Part shown: one piece after another, positions 53,993 through 64,000 of the stretch | How positions within the stretch are numbered: position 1 is the first letter of the stretch | Layout: every line of letters begins with the position of its first letter | Source of the DNA: Chlorokybus atmophyticus | Lineage: Eukaryota; Plantae; Mesostigma and Chlorokybus algae | DNA length: 64,000 nt | Assembly: GCA_009103225.1 (NCBI GenBank) | Contig: RHPI01000385.1 | Span: 418,526 to 482,525, forward strand | Direction of reading: 5' to 3' | The notes under the pieces: generated by a model | Database searches by the model: none | What the model was told of the DNA's origin: nothing | The model's input: the letters and a program-made list of their open reading frames with translations, nothing else | Translations under genes and position numbers: made by a program

Positions 53993-54980
53993 TGTCACAG
54001 CCCACTCGACCACAAAAGACTTGGTGCTTTTATGGTCGATTTGTGGTAATTTAATGTACCTTCCCTTTACATTCCCCCCCACTTAAGAACGCTGACGTCC
54101 TCGGCAGCTGGCGGCCATCAGCTGGGGAATCTTCCCAGGGGTCTGATTTAGGGTCGGTCCCCGGCCCCACCATCCAAGGACCGGCCAATTTAGGCCCAAG
54201 CCGGTCAACGCGCGCATAGCGCTCCGCTGCCGGCCCCACAGGTCGCGTCGCCGCGATAGGCAGGTCGCGCCCTGCCGCGCCGACTGAACTGGTCAGTTCG
54301 GCGCGACTGCCATTAGGCAAGTCGCGACCCATCGATGATGGCACTCATAAAGTGACCATTTACGATGTAAATGGATCGAGAAACAACAATCGCGGAATTC
54401 GTGTGCAAGGCAGGAATCGAACCCGGGTCTCAAGCTCCGATGACCAATGTCACAGCCCACTCGACCACAAAAGACTTGGTGCTTTTATGGTCGATTTGTG
54501 GTAATTTAATGTACCTTCCCGTTACATTCCCCCCCACTTAAGAACGCTGACGTCCTCGGCAGCTGGCGGCCATCAGCTGGGGAATCTTCCCAGGGGTCTG
54601 ATTTAGGGTCGGTCCCCGGCCCCACCATCCAAGGACCGGCCAATTTAGGCCCAAGCCGGTCAACGCGCGCATAGCGCTCCGCTGCCGGCCCCACAGGTCG
54701 CGTCGCCGCGATAGGCAGGTCGCGCCCTGCCGCGCCGACTGAACTGGTCAGTTCGGCGCGACTGCCATTAGGCAAGTCGCGACCCATCGATGATGGCACT
54801 CATAAAGTGACCATTTACGATGTAAATGGATCGAGAAACAACAATCGCGGAATTCGTGTGCAAGGCAGGAATCGAACCCGGGTCTCAAGCTCCGATGACC
54901 AATGTCACAGCCCACTCGACCACAAAAGACTTGGTACTTTTATGGTCGATTTGTGGTAATTCATGTACCTTCCCGTTACA
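53993..54980 (-). mobile_element. Young tandem TRIM: three 78-79-bp LTRs and two 376-bp internal regions (455-bp period)
   Basis: LTRs 53993-54071, 54448-54526, 54903-54980 with tgtcac..ttaca ends; 5-bp TSD ttggc at 53988-53992 and 54981-54985; minus-strand PBS-like TGGTCATCGGAGC and PPT AAGTGGGGGGGAA. Confidence 0.95.
54413..54467 (-). promoter_or_regulatory. Putative type 2 Pol III promoter spanning the LTR/PBS junction (repeated at 54868-54922)
   Basis: A box TGGTCGAGTGG (54457-54467, inside the LTR) and B box GGTTCGATTCC (54413-54423, internal region), 33 nt apart as in tRNA genes. Confidence 0.6.
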
Positions 54981-55129
54981 TTGGCCATTCACTGAACAAG
55001 TATTAGAAGAAAGAACCAAATTCTCTTCTGACACTTGACGAATGCACGCGACACTAGCACACAATTGTGTAGATACGATGGGGTGCTACGCTGACCAACA
55101 CAACGTGTACATGGTTACGTATATATGTG

Positions 55130-55483
55130 TATCATAATGAATAGACTTATATATACATATATATACATGTGTTAATTGAATGTCTCATAGATTTGTTGTA
55201 TAAACACACACATATATATATATATATGCATTCATGAACTGACTTATAAATATGCATATGTGTATATATATATATACATGTACAAATATATATATAAATG
55301 GATAGGGTAGTTGATAAATACATATATTACAACAACATATACGTACATATATATATGTATAGCATACGTACATAGCATAACATATATATATCATTTATAT
55401 ATATGTCTTATATAACTTATATATGTATGACCTATACATATGTATACATATAGATGGTAAATGCATATATTACAACATATACG

Positions 55484-55516
<33 letters not shown>

Positions 55517-57066
55517 AGCATACATATATAGCATAACATATATATCTTTTATATATAACTTATATACATGTATGACGTCATACAAGTGTATAAGGCCTAT
55601 GTATATGTATATATATACATATATATATATACGTACATATATATGTATGTATATTTATGTATGTATATATATACACATACATATATATATGTATGTATAT
55701 ATATGTATATATACATACATATACATACATATATATATGTATGTATATGTATATGTATGTATATATATATATATGTATGCATATATACATATATATATAT
55801 GTATGTGTATNNNNNNNNNNNNNNNNNNNNNNNNNNNNNNNNNNNNNNNNNNNNNNNNNNNNNNNNNNNNNNNNNNNNNNNNNNNNNNNNNNNNNNNNNN
55901 NNNNNNNNNNNNNNNNNNNNNNNNNNNNNNNNNNNNNNNNNNNNNNNNNNNNNNNNNNNNNNNNNNNNNNNNNNNNNNNNNNNNNNNNNNNNNNNNNNNN
56001 NNNNNNNNNNNNNNNNNNNNNNNNNNNNNNNNNNNNNNNNNNNNNNNNNNNNNNNNNNNNNNNNNNNNNNNNNNNNNNNNNNNNNNNNNNNNNNNNNNNN
56101 NNNNNNNNNNNNNNNNNNNNNNNNNNNNNNNNNNNNNNNNNNNNNNNNNNNNNNNNNNNNNNNNNNNNNNNNNNNNNNNNNNNNNNNNNNNNNNNNNNNN
56201 NNNNNNNNNNNNNNNNNNNNNNNNNNNNNNNNNNNNNNNNNNNNNNNNNNNNNNNNNNNNNNNNNNNNNNNNNNNNNNNNNNNNNNNNNNNNNNNNNNNN
56301 NNNNNNNNNNNNNNNNNNNNNNNNNNNNNNNNNNNNNNNNNNNNNNNNNNNNNNNNNNNNNNNNNNNNNNNNNNNNNNNNNNNNNNNNNNNNNNNNNNNN
56401 NNNNNNNNNNNNNNNNNNNNNNNNNNNNNNNNNNNNNNNNNNNNNNNNNNNNNNNNNNNNNNNNNNNNNNNNNNNNNNNNNNNNNNNNNNNNNNNNNNNN
56501 NNNNNNNNNNNNNNNNNNNNNNNNNNNNNNNNNNNNNNNNNNNNNNNNNNNNNNNNNNNNNNNNNNNNNNNNNNNNNNNNNNNNNNNNNNNNNNNNNNNA
56601 TATATATGTATATATGCATACATATATATATATATACATACATGTATATGTATGTATATATATATATGTATATATACATACATATGTATTTATACATATG
56701 TATATATACATACATATATATATGTATGTATATATATATACATATATATATATGTATGTATATATACATATATATATTTGTATATATGTATATATATACA
56801 CACATATATATATGTATATATATGTATGTTTATGTATATACATACATATACATACATATATATATGAATGTATATGTATGTATATACATATACATGTATG
56901 TATATATACATACATATATATATGTATGTATATGTATGTATATATACATACATATACATACATATATATATATACATATGTATATATATATATTTGTATA
57001 TATGTATATATATACATACATATATATATATGTATATGTATGTATATACATGTATGTATATATGTA
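55130..57066. repeat. Compound (TA)/(TATG)/(TACA) microsatellite with a 789-N gap (55811-56599)
   Basis: Direct inspection. Confidence 0.97.
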
Positions 57067-57211
57067 CTAGTGTGTGGGACCCGTGGCATGTTGTATTTAT
57101 TTTATGTTCATGAGCATGACCATTGATACATCGACACAATGCATCACAGCAATCATAACAATGGTTATGGCTAAATCAGACGTACATGCAGCACAGCATA
57201 CAATGTTCATA

Positions 57212-60200
57212 CTATCGGTCGAAAACTTCTCTATACACAACATTCTTTGTGTACACGACGCGCTGTCCTTCCTCCTCTTGTTGGTTGCTCAACGCGAGCA
57301 CGCGCACGCCTGCGCGGCTGCCAACGCGTGACATGGCCACGTACAATTGGCCATGTGTGAAGACATGCTCGGGCAGATACAGGCCCACCTTGCGAAGTGT
57401 CTGACCTTGAGACTTGTTGATCGTCATTGCAAATGCTGGTCTGATCGGGAACTGCCGTCGTCTTAACGTGAACGGCATGCGCTCGACATCGGAAGGGGTA
57501 ATAGTGAGGTGGGGGATGAACACTCGTTCTCCTTTGGCTGGTCCCGTAGCCACTTGCGCATCAATGACACGCTGCCCCAGTGTCTTGCAGATGAGACGGG
57601 TGCCGTTGGCGAGGCCACCAGTCATGTTACGCAGTAGCATGATCGGGCTCCCGACCTTAAGTCTTATCTCATGAGGGGGCAATCCGGACACCATAATGCT
57701 ATTCAGGTACTCGATCGGATAATTGTCAACCTGCTCGTCATCTGCCACTGAGTCTGCACTGCGATACACCACCTCCGCCAACTCTGCACATTCATATTGG
57801 CCTTCAGTATGTTGGGTCCAATTTATGGTCACGCAGGCTTGAATGACATCATTATCACAGTGTGTTTAACTTACCTGGGTGAAATTTTGCCATCATGCGA
57901 GCATTGATCTCGTCCACTGCTACATTCTTGGGGGTGAGGATAGCTCTCTCGATGACATAATCAGTCATGGCTTCGGGGGTTCTGTGTTGATGCAGGTCGC
58001 CATAGATGTCATCAATGAGCCCTTCAATGCTGTCAGCCGTGCAGCACATGTCCGCGGGCACGCGCACCATCTCTTCTCCAATTCGGAGGTGTTGTGTGGC
58101 TCAATGCCATCACCAATACCCTGCAAGTAACCGGAGAAAGCATGCTGTGCGTCGCCGTTCTCACCAGCTGCTCGCATTGTCTGCACTCGCATGTTGATGT
58201 GCAGCTTCATTACTTTAATCCGCGGCCACATTTCGGAGCACTTGAGGCTGGCTTCGACAATGTCGCTGCGTGTGCCGCGAGGCACAACAGGCAGGATTTG
58301 CCTGAAGTCGCCTCCCAACACGACGACCTTGCCACCAAATAGCAATTTGCCAGCCTCTGGGTGCTCTGTGCTCATGATGTCTCGGAGAGTTTTGTCCACC
58401 GCTTCGAAGCAGTGCTTGTTCATCATGGGCGCCTCATCCCATACAATGAGCTTGGTAGCAACGATCAGCTTGGCCAGAGAAGACCCTCGCGAGATGTTGC
58501 ACGTCGAATCCCCACTGAGTCCTGCAATGGGTATCTTTAAGCGCGAGTGAGCTGTTCTGCCACCTGTGCGAACATGGGTATGATATAGGGTTAACTTGTG
58601 TGTTGCGTGCATGTCATCATTGCTGTAAACGTTACCTTTCAGTAACAGAGCCGCAATACCAGAAGAGGCGACGGCGAGCGCAATCTGCGACCGCCCCCTC
58701 ACATGCGACAATAATGTATTATACACAAATGTCTTGCCAGTGCCTCCCAAACCATCAATAAAAAATGCGCGATCGGCGGGGGTGTCGTTGGCGATCGCCG
58801 CTACAACCTGATCATATATCGCTCGTTGCTGCGCGTTGAATAGGGGAACATTATCTTGCTCGGCTTGTTGCATGGCGTCAACATCGTGTCCCAACTCCTC
58901 TTGCACCAAAGGCGAGTCGTTGTTCATTGGATCGGATTGTGGTAATGGCAAGTTGAAGTCGCTCAAACTCTTTCCGTGAGTCATCAATTGGCGCGAAAGA
59001 TCATGCAAAGCTTGATCGATGACATTCTGATCAAGCCGGGCTTCGGGATTCTCCTGCGTGCATGCACACGCATTATTATCGTACTATTGTAGGATATCAG
59101 AACGGCATTTGAATCGCGCATGTACCATGAGGCGCCTGTGCATGATGTCGTCTGTTAAAAATTGCAAGAACTTATCCCATATTGCTTTCGGGTCGTGCAC
59201 TTCTTCGAACAGCAATATCACAGCAAACATTGCACGAAGTTGCCATCCTGACTGATGCTGCGACACACACGCATTCGTCAGTATTAAATTTCAATATGTA
59301 CACATTTGCATGTGCATTGTGAACACCGACTGACCAACGATGCTTCTTGGATGGCAAGCTCCCACTCGTTGTCTGCTTGCAGCAACCCTCGTGCCATGCA
59401 CGCCTCTTCGAATGTCTCGTGCACAGCGGGAACAGGGCTATCATATGTCGTGCGCAGATGCTCCCAACTGCACGCGCCAGGCACATTGTGCAACAGCATC
59501 CGTCGATAAAACTTCTCCCCCGCATTGCTCTTCACGTAATGCATGCGCCCAACAGCCGGAAATTGCATGTTGTTTTTGTAAATTTGCCATCCCGTCGCGG
59601 CATTCGGAAACCTCGCAATGCGGGGGAAGTCTTGATACAACAGATCCAACGCCTCGGGCTTGGGTGTGTCGGGGTTGGCTTGCAGGTCGAGCCGCCATTG
59701 CAACTCAAGTTGACGATTGAACTCCATCCAACCGGTGAGCTTGGTTCCTTTGTGTCTGATTATCACGTTGCGCGCTCTCTCTCTGTCATTGTAATACACG
59801 GTTTGCTGATCCGGTAAATGAACTGGCAAGCGCTCGACCTTCGGTACCTCACGGTGGATCTCAAACCGCAGCAACCGCCATGCGGCTTCACTGGAGGATA
59901 CATAGCGTCCCTCTAAAAATGTGCTGCACTCATCAACACCTATCTGGTTTGCAGCATTTTCCTCCGCATTACCTTGCGCATTGGCTCGCTGGAGCTTATA
60001 AATGGCTCGGTCGTGACCCTTGTACACGTATTTGTATAGGTACTTCACGGAAGACACGGAAGAGCAGGCCTCGACATTGATGTGCGCGTTGTACTTTAAT
60101 GAGAGCATTGGATTATACGGAACGACATCGCGATTGTCCATGGCAACCATGTCTTGCCCAACCTTTTTATCAAAAGTGCGTCCGTCTGGACGACGTCGGT

Positions 60201-62902
60201 ACACCGGATATGAGCCTGTGCTGTCTGTCGTAATTAAATACCACTGTTTCGGGTATCTTTTTGTGCAAGTCTTCTTGTCTTCGCTCATACACGGGCTGTT
60301 TTTATTGCGCTCGCCGCACGGTCCATGTACCGTGCTGCTTGTAATGATCTGATACAGTTCTGGGTCCTTATCTTTATCGGGCAACTCCGCGCACACAATA
60401 CGGTCATAGTCGTCAACCGTTTTGGGCTTGTCATCCGGCGTCAATATAGCCAATATGTGCACGTGCGGTAGCCCCCTATTGTTGCAAACGTGTGAGCTAC
60501 GCATTTTTTCGAGTAATGATACGGCAATCTGGCACGTGGCGCGAACACACGGAACAGTAAAAATAATAATGTACCTTTTTTGCCACTCGATTGTGTAAAT
60601 CATGCCGGTCAGCTTGCCGAATATCTGATTTTTCATGAGATCCTCTTTGAGCTCTTGAAGCTTGAGGTGGAATACACGCGCGACGATATCCGGTCGATCA
60701 GACGCCGTTTGATTGGAGAGGAGCGCATCTTTAATTTCCGTCCAATTGGGGTTGCAGGTAAATGTAATAAACAGGTCAGGTGTGCCCATCTTTTTAACAA
60801 TTGCCATAGCATCCTGATACAGCTGTGTCATATGTCGCGGGGTGCCTATAACAGACGACGGCAGCACAATGCGTTGCCCAATCTCTCCCGCCGCTTGATT
60901 ATCATCGTCCGCAACGGCATCAACCAAACCTGTCAGCATTCATTAGTCAGCATTCACTTCTTTAAAATATGGACAATTGTAATACATTACACATACCTTT
61001 GTACAGCTCCGCTCGTATGGTTTTTTGATTGCGTCGCACCCAATCAAAACGCTGCGACTCGACCTTACACCACGAAGCCACTATGAACTCTTCTGTCAGC
61101 TTTTTGCCTCGTGTAAACATCGCACTGGAGTATTCAGGATCACGATCCTGTGTTGCAACTCATAATTATAAGCATACGCAATGGTGTTGTGAGCATCATA
61201 CGTTACTCCGCATACCTGCATCATGTATGCCGCGTACTCGCGCGCAGTGATACGGTTGTGTTTAACACCAGTGGCTGGCCCTTCCTCGTCGTTGTTGTCT
61301 TCACATATATCGTACTCCGTTGCATGCGCGCGCGATGTTATTGCTGCATTGTCCGCGATGACACCTTTGTGTGGTATATTGGCATGCCATTCAGATTGCC
61401 CATATGGATAGAACATGATGAAGTGCAGAGGGTCGTATGCCGCATTAAGGTCACTGCCGCGTTTAAGGCCTCCTTCCTACCAACATCATCACATTACTTC
61501 TGCCGCTGCGACATATCATACATGGATCAGTGCAAGGTTGACGCATACCCGGCGTCTAATCAAGATCTCTCGCGGACCACGCACCGCCTCACCACCACCA
61601 GGCACAGAATGCCGCCAGACTTTCGTTTGCTGTTGGAGCGTTGTAACGCCGCTTGTCGCATTCGCCATCAGCGCGAATCACCAAATGATACGCCTCCACC
61701 TCGCTTTCGGATGTCTCCATGAAAGTGACAAACTCTTTCACGAAGCGGTTGTGTGTCAGAAACATATGATGAAGCTCGTTCATCAACTCAGGCTTATAGT
61801 TGGTGTTGCGATTGCGGCGGCCTTGTGCAGTAGTTGTGTCGATATTGCCAGCCAATGCAAGAGCGCGCCTCTCGATTGCATCCGCTGGGTCAATAATGTA
61901 AAGCTGTGCCGATTTTGGCTGCGCTCCTTCTCGCGGTTGCAAAGGACCCACTTGATGAAACAACACGCCTTCCACTGTAAACATTTGCGGGCCACCTCTG
62001 ACGTTTGCATGAGCAGGTACCTGCAAGTAAGCAATAATGCAGTCAATAGCACGAACGTATACGGAAGCATAAATCATATGCATCCGTTGTACAGTGTATT
62101 TTGTTGAGGCCATGGACAGGTTGCCATTGTATTTGCGGATATTCTGTAAGAAGTGCGCGTTGTCTCGATACGTCCCAAGCATCAATGAGCGCAATGGCTC
62201 CGGAAATGGCTCGTCGGGAGGGAAATGCGACGCAAGGTCCACTTTATCAACCATGCAGCATATAGCGTAGCCACCTGTCGCCTTTTCTGCTTTCCAGACG
62301 GCAGCGTGGCAGTGTGGACACTCAGCCCGTTCGCCAACGTTATTACGTTGCGAGGGGGGTAAATTAGAGTCGTGAAAATCGTCTTTCCTAGCACAGCCGT
62401 GTGACGCAGGTGTTCGGACACGCGTTTGCCTCATATTTACCGTCGCTAATGCTCTTCGTATCCTTCGTGTATTTGGAGTCATAATCTCGCGATGTGCTGC
62501 AGTGGTTGTCCGATTGGCTTCCTGACGCCTACTCGTCGTGTTCGGCGTTTCTTGCGCACGCAACGCCGCGATGCGTGCTGCCTGGCTTTGCTGCTGTTGC
62601 AAGTCATGTTGTTGCCGTTGTTCTTCCTGTTGTTGTTGCTCTGTGCCTTGAGGATGTTGTCGACGATCTTCAACTTGTTTTTGCCGCTGCTCACGTCTAC
62701 GTGCAGCTTGCGCTTCTTGCCTTTGCTGTCTTTGTGAATTCGTCTGAGCTGCTCGCCAATCACGCGTTCTTTGTGCTGCTGCCGCGGCCGCTCGTTGCTT
62801 CGTAGCCGGCGACATTGCTGCCCTCCTAGCACGTTGTAAAGCAGCTGCGCGTGCTCGCCGTGCAGCCTCTCTGTCCGTATTGGAGGGGCCGGGATCGTCC
62901 AT
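57212..62902 (-). CDS. Helitron RepHel (HUH Rep + PIF1 helicase), about 9 introns, at least 2 frameshifts
   Basis: [39 protein letters not shown]|[69 protein letters not shown]. Frameshifts near 61610 and 58080. Confidence 0.93.
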
Positions 62903-63064
62903 GTGTACACGATTCCACTCACAATGGATCCTGTAATATACAAAGGGGTATTGGATATCACAACCGCATAAAACATGAATCAATTACACTCCAAGTAGAC
63001 ATGGATACATACATTCCTACATCTATCAAGTACATCTCAAGTATAACAACCCCGCCCATTTGTA

Positions 63065-63703
63065 TCAACAATTTGCTCGTTCATCCCTCTCTTTGGGATG
63101 CAAGTTTCTACAATTGTCTCCAAAACGGCAATTGTCTAGCAAAGCCATCCAACACACCCTCGTATGCTTCGATGCGTCTACCTCACACTCATTTGCCTGC
63201 TTTGCCAATTGCTGCAAATGCCAATATTCATCGAGCATCTCTTTCTTGATGACGATTGCAAAGCGGCTCTTTGTGTGAAATGTGCGCAACAACCCATTCA
63301 TGCAATGCTCACTTGCGTGCTTGACCGATTTGACTGCTAACTCTCTGCGCATTACTCGGCATTCATCCTCTAATTCAGTGACTCGCTGTTGTGAGAAATG
63401 CAACTGAGACTTGGCATGCGCGAGGACAACATCTAATGCTTGGCAGCGTGCTTTGTACTGCTCTTTTTTTGTGAACACGACGTCATAACTGCTCTCGTCA
63501 ACTTTGCGATGTACCTGCAACCGAACATGCGTGAGTCAACAGGCCCTGTCTATGTTCATCGTTGCACTCAACTATGTGCATCCTTGCAATCAGCTCAGCG
63601 TGCATACCTTCCGTGCGGGTGGTGGTGGCGGGGGTGGTGGTGGGGGTGAGGGTGTATCGTCGTCACTGTCTGAACCGAAGATGTCTTCAAGAGTCACAGG
63701 CAT
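63065..63703 (-). CDS. Small two-exon gene: acidic/poly-Pro N-terminus, coiled coil, C-terminal CCCH zinc finger
   Basis: MPVTLEDIFGSDSDDDTPSPPPPPPPPPPARK|gtatgc..ttgcag|VHRKVDE..; ends CWMALLDNCRFGDNCRNLHP (C-x7-C-x5-C-x3-H). Confidence 0.7.
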
Positions 63704-64000
63704 CTGCAAGCGATGACATCAATATGAGAGAGAGAGATGCGCACACAACTTCTCCGCCTACTACTTCTCACGCACACGCATGCACAGACGGCTGACTTCA
63801 CACACACAACACATGCACACAACCACAACCACGACATGCACTGACTTCAATACATGTCATCAACAGCAGCAGCAACACATAACAACAGCAGAAACACACA
63901 CCTGTGTGGGCTGGAGGGGGGGCTGCGTCGCTGCCTGGCTTGGCCGCTGGGCGGGCGCCTGCAAGTGCAAGTGGCGTTGAAAGGCTGGCAGGGGGGCGTG

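Larger units (their letters stand above)
57067..64000 (-). mobile_element. Helitron (3' CTAG end at 57067-57070; 5' end not located, extent to window end assumed)
   Basis: Minus strand ends ...GCCACGGGTCCCACACACTAG|T about 140 bp after the RepHel stop; only one arm of the usual 3' hairpin is recognisable. Confidence 0.8.

Noticed and set aside
54395-54475. Genuine tRNA gene (and the copy 455 bp downstream)
   Set aside because: A and B boxes are present but no acceptor stem or anticodon arm can be paired, and the sequence straddles a TRIM LTR end.
54051-54799. Duplicated 97-aa ORFs in the tandem repeat
   Set aside because: GC-rich hairpin sequence with no recognisable motif; the ORFs run into the LTR.
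53993-54980. Hammerhead retrozyme or CRISPR-like array
   Set aside because: No CTGANGA...GAAA core on either strand; the units are identical LTR/internal repeats with no unique spacers.
55461-57139. 400-500-aa Y/I/M/H-rich ORFs
   Set aside because: Translations of microsatellite and N gap.

Overview
Eukaryotic nuclear DNA from an intron-rich green alga. The gene set is plant-like, so chlorophyte or early streptophyte; the lineage is inferred, not proven. Bases 1-45300 are a dense block of spliced genes: TRFL-type Myb protein, Kelch-repeat protein, organellar Era GTPase, START/SRPBCC protein, gamma-SNAP, GBP/atlastin-like GTPase, DPB3/CHRAC-like histone fold, EEF1AKMT1-like methyltransferase, DnaJA, DUF3727 protein, ketol-acid reductoisomerase, a pseudogenised RBR-CCCH ligase and a CDP-alcohol phosphotransferase. 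A small TE pocket lies at about 12.2-14.9 kb. Bases 45800-64000 are a transposon island: decayed Ty3/Gypsy pol with a PHD-tipped integrase and a nested hAT MITE, an intron-containing CryptonF-like tyrosine-recombinase element, a young tandem TRIM, a TA-rich microsatellite, and an intron-rich Helitron preceded by a small CCCH-finger gene. The most striking observation is the tandem TRIM at 53993-54980 (LTR-int-LTR-int-LTR, 5-bp TSD). It has a tRNA-type Pol III promoter split across the LTR/PBS junction: A box in the LTR, B box after the PBS, canonical spacing. A diverged element at 14553-14883 appears to share this design. All calls were made by eye with no database searches; exon boundaries were checked by reading frame but are approximate.
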